Positions 20,172 to 29,946 of a stretch of 64,000 nt of DNA are shown here, in pieces; the stretch's first letter is position 1, and the number at the start of each line of letters is the position of its first letter. The stretch covers positions 129,237 to 193,236 of the forward strand of contig JBDRRK010000012.1 of NCBI GenBank assembly GCA_043825775.1, given 5' to 3'. Position numbers and translations under genes: made by a program. The stretch is from an archaeon (lineage in GTDB: Archaea; Nanobdellota; Nanobdellia; SCGC-AAA011-G17; GW2011-AR17). The notes below the pieces were generated by a model that was not told where the DNA came from, did no database searches, and saw only the letters and a list, made by a program, of their open reading frames with translations.

Positions 20172-20525
20172 TTAACTTGCCATATATTTAAGTTCTAATT
20201 CTAATAAATCTATATGATCTTTATAGTCTTCGTAGTATCCGCTCCACTTAGCAACCCATTTTGCATCTCTTAATCTTGTTCTTGCTTCTTTAAAGTCATT
20301 TGCATCTAATGCAAATTTGGCTAAGGATAGATTGATATCTAAATCATTATAACCACTATTTGAATAGGGTAGATACTTCCAAAATTTATCGATTTCTTCT
20401 TGTGTTCTTAGAATTCTTGGAATAACTGGTTTTGCTTTTGTAGTTGTTTCTATTGTTCTTTCAAAGCTTGCTCTAGTAGAATCTTCTAAAGTTCTTCTAT
20501 CTTGTGTTGCAGTTATTCCGTACAT
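20172..20525 (-). CDS. hypothetical protein
   Basis: 117 aa ORFan between ftsZ and secE. Confidence 0.5.
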   Translation of the reverse strand: MYGITATQDRRTLEDSTRASFERTIETTTKAKPVIPRILRTQEEIDKFWKYLPYSNSGYNDLDINLSLAKFALDANDFKEARTRLRDAKWVAKWSGYYEDYKDHIDLLELELKYMAS

Positions 20526-20621
20526 GTTAAATTTAGGGCTTTATGCCCATTTTAATAAGAATATGGCTAATTTTAATGTTTATAAACCTTTGCTTTTTTA
20601 CTACTAACAGGAGGTTACAAA

Positions 20622-20906
20622 TTAAGCAACCATCCTATCAATTGCAACTGGAATAGGTATTAGTTTTATTTCTAATACTCTCTCAGCAATGTTTATTTCT
20701 GCTTTTTTAGCAAAAAAGGCTGATTTTTTTGGGTCTACTTCTGCTAGACTTCTTGCTAATGAGAGATAGACTTCAGTAGGATTTCTAAACGTTGGTTGGT
20801 TAGAAAAATCATAATCAAATGTTGGTTGTTGTGGGTCTCTTCCGTAAACTGGTCTTTCTTCTTGATTAAGCCAGTTATATCCTGTTTCATATGTGCTTGG
20901 TGTCAT
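20622..20906 (-). CDS. hypothetical protein
   Basis: 94 aa ORFan between ftsZ and secE. Confidence 0.5.
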   Translation of the reverse strand: MTPSTYETGYNWLNQEERPVYGRDPQQPTFDYDFSNQPTFRNPTEVYLSLARSLAEVDPKKSAFFAKKAEINIAERVLEIKLIPIPVAIDRMVA

Positions 20907-20991
20907 TTTTCTCTCTCTTAGCCTTTATAAATGGGTCGGGACTATAGCACATAGGTTATTTATAAAGATTTATATAATAAAATATAGAAGT

Positions 20992-22095
20992 TTAATCAAT
21001 AAATTCTATTCCAAGCTCGTTTTCAATTTCTCTTCGTTCTTCTTCGTTTTTTCCAAGGTTCCTAGGACCTAAAATTTGAGGGCTTTGAACACCTGTAACA
21101 ATTAATAGAACTCTTAGAGTATTTTCTAAATCATCTGATATTTGTGCTCCCCAGATTATTCTTGCATCGTCGTCTAACTTGTTTGAGATGGATTCTACAA
21201 CACATTTTGCTTCATCTAATGTCATATCTTGACCACCTGAAACATTAATTAGAGCACCTGATGCTCCTGAAATATCAACATCTAATAATGGATTTTGAAT
21301 TGCTTTTTCAACTGCTTCTATTGCTCTTTGTTCTGTATCAGATTCACCAATCCCAATCATTGAAACCCCACCATTGCCCATAACAGCTCTAATATCTGCA
21401 AAGTCTAAGTTAACTAGTCCAGCTTTTGTAACTAATTCTGCTATTCCCTTTACTGAATTTGTAAGAATTTCATCTGCAACCTTGAATGCTGTTTGTAATG
21501 GTAGATCTGGAGCTAATTCAAGAAGTTTATCATTAGGAATAACAATTAATGTATCAACATTTCTTTCCATTTTTTCAAGGCCAATAACTGCATTTTCATA
21601 TCTTCTTCCACCTTCCATTGCAAATGGCAATGTAACAATTCCTACTGTTAGGGCTCCAACTCTTTTTGCAATGTCTGCAACTACTGGTGCGGATCCTGTT
21701 CCAGTTCCTCCACCAAGCCCACAGGTAATGAAAACCATGTCTGCACCTTGTAAGTGTTGTCTTATTTCATGTTCTGATTCACGAGCTGCTTCTTCACCAA
21801 CTTGTGGCATTGAGCCTGCTCCTAAACCCTGAGTTAATTCCTTACCAATTAGAATTTTAATATCAGCATTAGTATATAAGAGATCTTGAGCATCTGTATT
21901 GATTGCCATTGTTTCAGCACCAGAGATACCAACATCAGTCATTCTGTTAATAGAATTATTTCCTCCTCCACCACATCCAACCACTTTAATCTTTGCTTTT
22001 TGTTTTGCGAGTAATTGTTCTAATTCTTGATCAACTGGATTTACCTTTCTTTGTTGTGGAGAATGGTGTTCCGCATTTCTAAAAATTGTTTCCAT
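20992..22095 (-). CDS. ftsZ: cell division protein FtsZ
   Basis: GGGGNN, GLGGGTGTG tubulin signature, NLDFAD. Confidence 0.98.
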   Translation of the reverse strand: METIFRNAEHHSPQQRKVNPVDQELEQLLAKQKAKIKVVGCGGGGNNSINRMTDVGISGAETMAINTDAQDLLYTNADIKILIGKELTQGLGAGSMPQVGEEAARESEHEIRQHLQGADMVFITCGLGGGTGTGSAPVVADIAKRVGALTVGIVTLPFAMEGGRRYENAVIGLEKMERNVDTLIVIPNDKLLELAPDLPLQTAFKVADEILTNSVKGIAELVTKAGLVNLDFADIRAVMGNGGVSMIGIGESDTEQRAIEAVEKAIQNPLLDVDISGASGALINVSGGQDMTLDEAKCVVESISNKLDDDARIIWGAQISDDLENTLRVLLIVTGVQSPQILGPRNLGKNEEERREIENELGIEFID

Positions 22096-22145
22096 CTAGG
22101 AGAAAATTATAAAGTAAATTTATAAAGTTAATTATGATATATTTT

Positions 22146-22772
22146 CTATTTTTTGAAAGTTACTTCTTTTATTTCGGGGATTCTTTCTATTACTTCCTCT
22201 TGTAGTACTTTTTTTAGCTCTTCTGGAAGGTCTATTGTAATATGTAGTTTATTTTCTGTGATTTCGTGTTTTATATTGCTTCCAATTGCGTTTTTTAAGA
22301 AAGAATCTACTTTTTCTTTTGTTTCTGTAACAATTCTTGTTATTTTTACATTGTATTTTAGAATCCTACCTGAGAGAGGATGGTTGAAATCTATCATTAC
22401 TCGTCCTCCAGATACGGTTTTTACTGTTCCAATCATTCCATCTATGTTTATTTGTAAACCTGGATATGGTTGAACTTCTTGATCTTTAAATTTCTTTAAT
22501 GAGACTAGCTGGAAAAGTTTAGCATCTTTTTTTCCAAATCCTTTTTCTGGTTGGATAGTTGTTTCAAATTCTTTGTTCAGTTCTTTATCTTCTAAAGAAT
22601 CATCTAAACCTTCTACAATCTCTCTTTTACCTATGCAAACTATAATGTTGTCTAATGTTTCTTTAAAGTTGTTGGCTTTTGCTACTTCTTTATCATTTGT
22701 GTCAAAAATGCTTCCATCTTCTAGTTTTCCTGTCACAATCAATTCTACGAAGTCGCCTTTCTTTGTTTTCAT
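22146..22772 (-). CDS. FKBP-type peptidyl-prolyl isomerase (SlyD-like)
   Basis: FDTN, PEKGFG, GGRVMIDFNHPLSG. Confidence 0.93.
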   Translation of the reverse strand: MKTKKGDFVELIVTGKLEDGSIFDTNDKEVAKANNFKETLDNIIVCIGKREIVEGLDDSLEDKELNKEFETTIQPEKGFGKKDAKLFQLVSLKKFKDQEVQPYPGLQINIDGMIGTVKTVSGGRVMIDFNHPLSGRILKYNVKITRIVTETKEKVDSFLKNAIGSNIKHEITENKLHITIDLPEELKKVLQEEVIERIPEIKEVTFKK

Positions 22773-22874
22773 CTTTTGTGAGAAATTCTTGGAGTATATA
22801 AAATTTTTTATATTATTCCATTTATTGTTCTTTAGTAGAAAGTTTTATAAACAAATTCTATTTTTAAGATTTAT

Positions 22875-23273
22875 ATGGGAGAGATTAAGCAGATAGATGC
22901 TACAGGTGCAAAGACTGGAAGATATGTTATCTTTGATGGTCAGGCTTGTATTGTAAAAAGTATCGAGATTTCACGTCCTGGAAAACATGGACATGCAAAA
23001 TGTCGGATTGAGGCTGTTACAATAAAAGATGGGAAAAAAATCATAAAGATTATGCCTGGACATGATAAGATTGAATCTCCTGTTATCGAGAAGAAAAAAG
23101 CCCAAGTACTCTCAGTTAATGGAAATCAAGCAAGTGTTATGGATATGGAAACATTTGAAACATTTGATATTGAAATTCCAGAGGAGTTGGTTGGTAAAGT
23201 TAATGAAGGTACTATAGTAATATACTGGGGTGTACTCGAAGACAAGTTGATGAAACAAATTTCCACAGACTAA
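22875..23273 (+). CDS. eif5a: translation factor aIF5A
   Basis: Hypusine loop PGKHGHAK, MDMETFETF. Confidence 0.96.
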   Translation: MGEIKQIDATGAKTGRYVIFDGQACIVKSIEISRPGKHGHAKCRIEAVTIKDGKKIIKIMPGHDKIESPVIEKKKAQVLSVNGNQASVMDMETFETFDIEIPEELVGKVNEGTIVIYWGVLEDKLMKQISTD

Positions 23274-23274
23274 A

Positions 23275-23439
23275 ATGGCAAGATTTGAAGCAACACAAGC
23301 AAGATTGTATAAAAGAATCTTTGTATGTAAGAAATGTAAGACAAAGATTAGAACTGATATAAACAGAGTTTTGCAAAAAAAAGTTAAATGTAGAAATTGT
23401 CAATCAAAAGAGATGAGGCCAATTAAAACTAAGAAATGA
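23275..23439 (+). CDS. rpl40e: 50S ribosomal protein L40e
   Basis: Manual translation MARFEATQARLYKRIFVCKKC...KCRNCQSKEMRPIK (54 aa); ATGA overlap with next gene. Confidence 0.9.
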   Translation: MARFEATQARLYKRIFVCKKCKTKIRTDINRVLQKKVKCRNCQSKEMRPIKTKK

Positions 23440-24608
23440 ACTGGGATTTAATTTCATTGTTTGTCTTTTATGGAATTCTTATATTAATATTTTTTAGATA
23501 TAGAGAGAAATTTATTGTTCAAAGTAAAATATTTGTTTTGTATAAGACTAAATTAGGGTTAAAATTGATGGATAGAATTTCTAGATTTTCTCCAAAAGTA
23601 CAGAAGTTTTTAGGTTATGTTGGAATTTTTGTTGGATTTATTTCAATGATATTTATTTTTGTGTTAGTTGTTTATGGAACTTTAAAATTCGTATTGGTTC
23701 CTGGAACTGCTCCTGCTTTAGCTCCTGTTTTGCCTGGAGTTAAGATTGATGGTGCTCCCGATTTAAGTTTTTGGCATTGGGTTATTTCAATCTTTATTGT
23801 TGCTGTTATTCATGAATTTTCACATGGTTTGGTTGCTAGGCTGCATAATATTAAAGTAAAGAGTTCTGGATTTGCATTTTTAGGACCAATCTTGGCTGCT
23901 TTTGTTGAGCCTGATGAAAAAGAGATGAGTAAAAAAAGTAAAATGCAACAATTATCTGTATTTGCTGCAGGACCATTTTCAAATATTGTTTTTGCAGGTT
24001 TTGTTTTATTGTTTATGATTTTTTTAATGGGACCCTTTTTGAATACTGTTTATGCTGATAATGGAGTTATTGTTAATTCTGTTATGGAAGATTCAAGTGT
24101 TAGTTCTATTGAAGCTCCCTTTACAATATATTCTATGGATGGTGTTGAGACTTTAGGGGTTATTGATTTGCTTAATGAATCTTTAAATTTGAAACCTGGT
24201 GATTCAGTTGTATTAGGTACAGATAAAGGAGAATATAAAGTAATAGTTGGTTCAAATCCTAAAAATGATAGCCTTGCTTATTTTGGTATGGCTGGTTTAG
24301 AGCAAGATAGTGTTTTGGAAGAAGAATATATCTATTTAGAAAAGTATGAAGGAGTTATTGATTGGGTTAAGTTATTGGTAATATGGTTATTTTTGATTTC
24401 ATTTGGAATTGGTTTGTTTAATCTGTTACCTTTGGGTCCTGTAGATGGAGGAAGAATGTTTTTAGTTTTAGGTACTGCTATTTTTAATGAGAAGATTGCA
24501 AAAAAGATGTTGACTATTGTTTCTATATTTTTGTTAATGATAATTATTATTAATTTGCTTCCTTATTTTAACCAATTGATAGTTGGTTTGTATAATTTAC
24601 TTTTTTAA
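23436..24608 (+). CDS. site-2 protease (M50) with PDZ-like insert
   Basis: HEFSH, AFVEPD, AAGP, NLLP..PVDGG. Confidence 0.94.
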   Translation: MNWDLISLFVFYGILILIFFRYREKFIVQSKIFVLYKTKLGLKLMDRISRFSPKVQKFLGYVGIFVGFISMIFIFVLVVYGTLKFVLVPGTAPALAPVLPGVKIDGAPDLSFWHWVISIFIVAVIHEFSHGLVARLHNIKVKSSGFAFLGPILAAFVEPDEKEMSKKSKMQQLSVFAAGPFSNIVFAGFVLLFMIFLMGPFLNTVYADNGVIVNSVMEDSSVSSIEAPFTIYSMDGVETLGVIDLLNESLNLKPGDSVVLGTDKGEYKVIVGSNPKNDSLAYFGMAGLEQDSVLEEEYIYLEKYEGVIDWVKLLVIWLFLISFGIGLFNLLPLGPVDGGRMFLVLGTAIFNEKIAKKMLTIVSIFLLMIIIINLLPYFNQLIVGLYNLLF

Positions 24609-25511
24609 TAGAAATATTCTTCTTGTTAAAGTTCCGTGAACATAATCTGTAGCAATTAATTCTTTGTTATATTCTGTTTCAATTTCTACATTATTTGGAG
24701 ACATTAATACTACTCTGTCTATAAATGGATAGACATTTTTTAGAAATTCTTTGTAGAGTTTTTCTATTTCTGTTTTGTGTAAAGAAGCTCTTCTACCATA
24801 TGGTGGATCAGTAACAATTGCATCTGCTTTGTATTTTGCTTTTCTTGCATCTGCTATTTCTAATTTACCTTCTACTTTGTATTCTTTGAAGTTTTTTTCT
24901 GCTAGTTCTATTAGTTTTTTATCTATGTCTGTTCCAATTATAGTTAATTTCATTAATCCAGCTTCAATTAGTATGCCTCCAGTTCCACAGAATGGATCCC
25001 ATACTATTCCTTCTTGTACCCCAGTTAGATTTACTAGGGCTCTTGCTAATTTAGGTTTTAATGATACTGGAAAAAAACCTGGACGTATATCTGGACGTCT
25101 TAGATGAAATTTTTCTTCTCTTTTATGTATATGTTTTCCAACAATTACTTGATTTTTTGTTATAAAAATATTTATTTCAGTATCCGAATTGTTTAATTTA
25201 ACTTTTGGATTATCAACTTGTTCCCAAATAAATTTTGCAAATGATTTTTCATATTTTGTTTCATTACTTCTTATGCAGAAATTGTTTTTGTATTCATTTT
25301 TCCAGTCAAAGTTTTGAAATTTTGCTTTTATTTCTGTTTTTTTACATTGGAATAGAAATTTGTATATGTTTTTTGTGTAGGATAATCTTGTGTAATCAAA
25401 TTCTTTGTCTAAGAGTAATAGGTTTTCGTATATTTTACCTTTGATTTGTGCTAGTTGTTCTACTTCTGCCCTTGCAAGGTCTATATTGTCCTTGTTTAGT
25501 TCGAATATCAT
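24597..25511 (-). CDS. trm11: tRNA (guanine-10-N2)-methyltransferase
   Basis: THUMP-like region, RP.F.P.SL.PKLARALVNL, DPFCGTGG, TDPPYG. Confidence 0.88.
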   Translation of the reverse strand: MIFELNKDNIDLARAEVEQLAQIKGKIYENLLLLDKEFDYTRLSYTKNIYKFLFQCKKTEIKAKFQNFDWKNEYKNNFCIRSNETKYEKSFAKFIWEQVDNPKVKLNNSDTEINIFITKNQVIVGKHIHKREEKFHLRRPDIRPGFFPVSLKPKLARALVNLTGVQEGIVWDPFCGTGGILIEAGLMKLTIIGTDIDKKLIELAEKNFKEYKVEGKLEIADARKAKYKADAIVTDPPYGRRASLHKTEIEKLYKEFLKNVYPFIDRVVLMSPNNVEIETEYNKELIATDYVHGTLTRRIFLLKK

Positions 25512-25563
25512 TGTTTATTTTAATTTCTAAATCTTTAAAAAGCTTAGTAAAAATATTGAACTT

Positions 25564-26616
25564 ATGGAATCTTATGGTCAATCAGTGGGAAGGAGATATC
25601 CTGTACAAATAAATACATTGATAACTAATTCTTTTTTGAATGATTATGCAAGATTATTGGGTTCTAAGAGTAGAAGAAGATTGACTGAAAAGACACAAGT
25701 TTTTTCCTTACCTAGAAATATTTATGTTAGAACAAGGGCTGTTCATACTGATGATGTAATTGCGACTTCTATGGCAATAGCAAGTCAATTAGGATTGAAT
25801 GTTCCTCTTTGTATGGCTGGTGCTGCTGGGCATGATATTGGTCATACTCCTTTTGGTCATTTAGGTGAAAGTGTTTTAACTAGATATGCTCAAGATGTCT
25901 TAGGAAGAGAGGGAGTAGAATTTAAACATTATGTTGCAGGTGTTGTTGTCGCACAACAGATTGAACGTAGTGGTTCTGGTTTAAATCTATGCTATGAAAC
26001 ATTAGAATGTATGTTAAATCATTCAAGAGGAGAAGGAGATTTAGTAGTTGATTCAAATTTATCACAAGAAGCTGCTGTTGTAATGTTTGCTGATAAGATT
26101 GCTTATACTTTTGCAGATATTAATGATGCATTTAGAAATGGATATTTATCTGAAGGAAGTATTCCTGTTGCAGCTAGACAGCTTGGTAGAAGTCAAAGAA
26201 AGAGAGAGAATGCAGTTATTAGGGCTTTAGTTTCTGAGAGTTTGGATAGAGGCTATGTTTCTTTTTCAGAGGGAGAAGTTTTTGAAATGTTTACTGAAAT
26301 AAAGGCTTTTATGTATACAAATGTTTACAAAACAATTAATACTGAAATTCATGAGAAAATTTTATGGGAGATATGTAAGTTTTTTAATGAGCATGAATAT
26401 TTTGGTAGTGTTGATCCAGTTTTATTAACTTCTTTACTTACTGATAAAGAGGCTTTTGATTTTGCTAAAATTATGCTTGGTGGAAGAAGACCTACAATTG
26501 AAGAGATTAGACATTTTGGTATTTTTGAAGTATTAAAATATGTAAAAAATAAAGATATTGATTGGGCTGATCCTGATTTAGACTGGAAAGATGAAGCTCA
26601 TCCTGATGTCCAATAG
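25564..26616 (+). CDS. HD-domain dGTP triphosphohydrolase family protein
   Basis: RRL..KTQVF, RTR..H, GHDIGHTPFGH.GE, LNL..ET, ADKIAY...D. Confidence 0.88.
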   Translation: MESYGQSVGRRYPVQINTLITNSFLNDYARLLGSKSRRRLTEKTQVFSLPRNIYVRTRAVHTDDVIATSMAIASQLGLNVPLCMAGAAGHDIGHTPFGHLGESVLTRYAQDVLGREGVEFKHYVAGVVVAQQIERSGSGLNLCYETLECMLNHSRGEGDLVVDSNLSQEAAVVMFADKIAYTFADINDAFRNGYLSEGSIPVAARQLGRSQRKRENAVIRALVSESLDRGYVSFSEGEVFEMFTEIKAFMYTNVYKTINTEIHEKILWEICKFFNEHEYFGSVDPVLLTSLLTDKEAFDFAKIMLGGRRPTIEEIRHFGIFEVLKYVKNKDIDWADPDLDWKDEAHPDVQ

Positions 26617-26647
26617 TTTTATTAATCCTTAATTTTTCTAATATATT

Positions 26648-27382
26648 ATGTATGTAGATGTTCACTGTCATTTAGATGACGATAGGTTTGAGAAAGATAT
26701 TGATGAAGTAATTAAAAATGCAGAGAAGAATAAGGTAGTAGCTATAATTAATAATGGTGCTTCTCCCTTAAGAAATAGGAAGACTATTGAATTGTCTAAA
26801 AAATATAAGATTGTTAAGAGTGCTTTAGGATTTTATCCTGGTGAGATTATCGATTTTAAAGATGAAGAGATTGAAAAAGAGTTGAAATGGATTGAGAAGC
26901 AAAAACCAATTGCTTTAGGAGAGATTGGTTTGGATGGAACTTATGATAATTTAGAGAAACAAGAAAAATATTTTAGGAAATTTATTGAGTTGGGTAAAAA
27001 ATTAAATGTTCCTTTAATAATTCATACAAGAAAGGCTGAGAAAAGAATTGTTGATTTAATTGAGGAGTTGAAACCAAAGAAAGTTGTATTGCACTGTTTT
27101 TCTGGAAAATTGAAATTGTTAAAAAGATTAGAAGGTATGGATGTTTATTTTTCTATTCCTCCAATTATTGTTTTTTCAGAACAGTTTAAAGCTTTGGTAA
27201 GACATACTCCTTTAACAAGATTACTGACGGAAACTGATGCTCCATGGATGTCTCCAATTAAAGGAGAAAGGAATGAGCCTTCAAATGTTTTAGTTACTAT
27301 AAAAGAAATTGCAAAGATAAAAAATGTTGAAGAACAAGAAGTAATGAAAGCAATATATTCTAATTATCAGAAGTTGTTTTAA
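26648..27382 (+). CDS. tatD: TatD family nuclease
   Basis: DVHCHL, GEIGLD, IH.R, LHCF, LTETDAP. Confidence 0.94.
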   Translation: MYVDVHCHLDDDRFEKDIDEVIKNAEKNKVVAIINNGASPLRNRKTIELSKKYKIVKSALGFYPGEIIDFKDEEIEKELKWIEKQKPIALGEIGLDGTYDNLEKQEKYFRKFIELGKKLNVPLIIHTRKAEKRIVDLIEELKPKKVVLHCFSGKLKLLKRLEGMDVYFSIPPIIVFSEQFKALVRHTPLTRLLTETDAPWMSPIKGERNEPSNVLVTIKEIAKIKNVEEQEVMKAIYSNYQKLF

Positions 27383-27422
27383 TTAGTAACCTTTTTATAT
27401 TATTAAGCATATAGATTTTTAT

Positions 27423-27572
27423 ATGGTTTTAGTAAGAAGATCTAGAAATGGAGTAGCTAAAAAAAGAGTGGTTAAGAAAAAAGCTGTTAAGAAAAAAGTT
27501 AAGAAAAAAGCAGTTAAGAAGAAAGTGAAGAAAACTACAAAAAAGAAAGCTACTAAAAAGAAAAAGAGGTAA
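27423..27572 (+). CDS. histone H1-like / protamine-like basic microprotein (49 aa)
   Basis: MVLVRRSRNGVAKKRVVKKKAVKKKVKKKAVKKKVKKTTKKKATKKKKR; own TTTTTATA promoter; absent from ORF track. Confidence 0.75.
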   Translation: MVLVRRSRNGVAKKRVVKKKAVKKKVKKKAVKKKVKKTTKKKATKKKKR

Positions 27573-27649
27573 AATTAATTTCATTCTTATTAATCTCTAT
27601 AGGGGAGATTGTCGCAACTTTTATAAAACTGCGTTTATTTTTGTTAGCT

Positions 27650-28582
27650 ATGATTAATGATTTAATAAAAAAGGACTTAAAAAAACAAGGTTATAGAATT
27701 GTTGGTAAACATAGTGCTGTTAAGGTTTGTTTGTGGTGTAAGAGATCTCTGAAAAATGAAGATGTGTGTTATAAAGAGACTTTTTATGGTATTAAAAGCC
27801 ATAGATGTGTGCAAAGTAGTGTTTCTTTGTTAAATTGTATGCATCAGTGTGAATTTTGTTGGAGAAGTTTAGAACATACTGAATTTTCTAAGGTTAAAGA
27901 TGAGGATGATCCTAAGATTATATTAGATGGTTTGATAAGAGAACAGAATACCTTTTTGAAAGGTTTTAATGGTAATGTTAAGACTGACAAGAAGAAGTAT
28001 AAAGAAAGTATAGTACCTAAACATATTGCTTTATCTCTATCTGGAGATGCAACAATGTATAATAAACTTCCTGAGCTAATTACAGAGATTAAAAGTAGAG
28101 ATATGACTGCATTTCTTGTTACAAATGGACAAGAGCCAGATATGTTATTAAAATTAAAAGATAAACCTACACAAACATATGTTACTTTGGCTGCTTGTGA
28201 TGAAGAGATGTATAAGAGAACATGTAAACCTCATTACAAAGATGGTTGGAATAGGTTGATGAAATCATTAGAATTGTTGCAAGAGTTTCCAAGAAGTACT
28301 ATTAGGTTATCTTTGTTAAAAGGATTAAATATGGAAAATCCAAAAAAATATGCTGTGATTATTAAAAAATATAAACCTAAGTTTGTTGAAGTGAAAGCTG
28401 TAATGGCTGTAGGTTATGCACAATATAGAGTTGAGTATAAACGAATGCCTAGACATAATGAAATTTTAGAGTTTTCTAAAAAGATTGCAGAGGAATTAGG
28501 ATGGAAGATAGTTGCTGAGAAAGAAGAATCTAGAGTTGTTCTTATAATGGAAGAAGATAGAGATAGATTAATAGAAATGTAG
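27650..28582 (+). CDS. taw1: 4-demethylwyosine synthase (radical SAM) Taw1
   Basis: GKHSAVK.C.W, CYK.TFYGIKSHRC, CxxxCxxCWR, VTNG, MP.H. Confidence 0.95.
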   Translation: MINDLIKKDLKKQGYRIVGKHSAVKVCLWCKRSLKNEDVCYKETFYGIKSHRCVQSSVSLLNCMHQCEFCWRSLEHTEFSKVKDEDDPKIILDGLIREQNTFLKGFNGNVKTDKKKYKESIVPKHIALSLSGDATMYNKLPELITEIKSRDMTAFLVTNGQEPDMLLKLKDKPTQTYVTLAACDEEMYKRTCKPHYKDGWNRLMKSLELLQEFPRSTIRLSLLKGLNMENPKKYAVIIKKYKPKFVEVKAVMAVGYAQYRVEYKRMPRHNEILEFSKKIAEELGWKIVAEKEESRVVLIMEEDRDRLIEM

Positions 28583-29315
28583 CTAGGATAAAGCAGTAGA
28601 TTGAAAACACCCAAAACTTCTGTTTTTTAATTATTTCAAGTAAAAACTTTAATGTTACGTAACCAACTATAATTGTGATTAACATACCTATTATTACAGG
28701 GATTAAATCTGATACAATAAAAGATGAATCATATTCTAGGATTGTTGCTCCAATAACTGCTGGTATGAATAATAAGAAAGAAAAGGTAGCTATTTCTTCT
28801 CTTTTTATTCCTAATAATAATCCTGTTGAAATTGTGCTTCCGGATCTTGAGATTCCAGGAATTAATGCAAGACCTTGTACTAACCCAATTATAATGGAGT
28901 CCTTTACTTTTATCTCTCTTTTGAGTTTTACAAATTTTGTTAATAATAATAGTATTCCAGTTACAATAAGGGCTATTGATACTGCTAATAAACTTGTGAA
29001 CATTGGAAGAATCAGGTCTTTGAATAGCAATCCTATAACTGCAGTAAAAAAGGATCCAATTAATATGTATAAACCCAGATAAAAGTGTCTATCTTTTTTC
29101 CATCTTATACATGATTTTAATATATTTATTATCTCTTGATTAAATACAATTAAGATTACAATTAAAGTTGCTAGATGTAACATAATATCATAGAATACTG
29201 GTACTTGAACTGAGAATAATTCTTGGAATATTACTAAATGTCCTGACGAAGAAATTGGTAACCATTCTGTTATTCCTTGTATTATCCCTAGGATGATTGC
29301 ATCAATTATCTCCAT
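28542..29315 (-). CDS. uppP: undecaprenyl-diphosphate phosphatase
   Basis: GIIQGITEWLPISSSGHL, PGISRSGST. Confidence 0.93.
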   Translation of the reverse strand: MEIIDAIILGIIQGITEWLPISSSGHLVIFQELFSVQVPVFYDIMLHLATLIVILIVFNQEIINILKSCIRWKKDRHFYLGLYILIGSFFTAVIGLLFKDLILPMFTSLLAVSIALIVTGILLLLTKFVKLKREIKVKDSIIIGLVQGLALIPGISRSGSTISTGLLLGIKREEIATFSFLLFIPAVIGATILEYDSSFIVSDLIPVIIGMLITIIVGYVTLKFLLEIIKKQKFWVFSIYCFILATFLLIYLYLLPL

Positions 29316-29340
29316 TTTTAGAATTTATAATTTGAGGTTT

Positions 29341-29931
29341 TTAAACTTTGAGAATTTCTCCATCACCACCTGGGTTGATTATTAGTGTTTTACCTATAAC
29401 CTGCTTTGCTTTTGCATTTTCTTCAATGTGGCCACATATATATAATAGAGGTTTTAAGGTTTTAATTGCTTTATTATAAGAATTATTTCCTACATAATCT
29501 CCGTGTAATTCATCTAGTTTAGTTTTATATGGTGGACCATGAGTTATTAGTATTAGTTTGTCTCCTTTTTTTAATGTTTTTTTGAATAGGGCTATTCCTT
29601 GTTCAAATCTTTTATCTTGACGAGCAAATCCTCCTCCACCCCAACCAAAGAATACTCTATTTCCCATTCTAAAACTTTTTTTGTGTAGAAATCTAATGTT
29701 TTTGTATTTCTTGCAGAGTTTTTCAAGTTTTTCAGGATCTTCATGATTTCCATGAATCATTAAAATTATTTTTTCTATCTTTGCAAATGTTTTTAACATT
29801 CTATCTAAATCTTTTCCAAACCAAGTTAAGTCTCCTGCACAAACAAGAATATCTGCTTCTTTTGATTTTTTGATTATTGCTTTGTTATTTTTTTCTATGT
29901 TATGTGAGTCAACAAATGCTAGTATTTTCAT
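29341..29931 (-). CDS. calcineurin-like metallophosphoesterase
   Basis: D.H, AGD, GNHE, THGPP, CGHIE, NPG. Confidence 0.9.
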   Translation of the reverse strand: MKILAFVDSHNIEKNNKAIIKKSKEADILVCAGDLTWFGKDLDRMLKTFAKIEKIILMIHGNHEDPEKLEKLCKKYKNIRFLHKKSFRMGNRVFFGWGGGGFARQDKRFEQGIALFKKTLKKGDKLILITHGPPYKTKLDELHGDYVGNNSYNKAIKTLKPLLYICGHIEENAKAKQVIGKTLIINPGGDGEILKV

Positions 29932-29946
29932 GTTTTATATTTAGAA

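Noticed and set aside
28542..29315. Bacterial-type uppP in an archaeon as a novelty
   Set aside because: UppP/BacA homologs are already known in archaea, and here it sits among housekeeping genes
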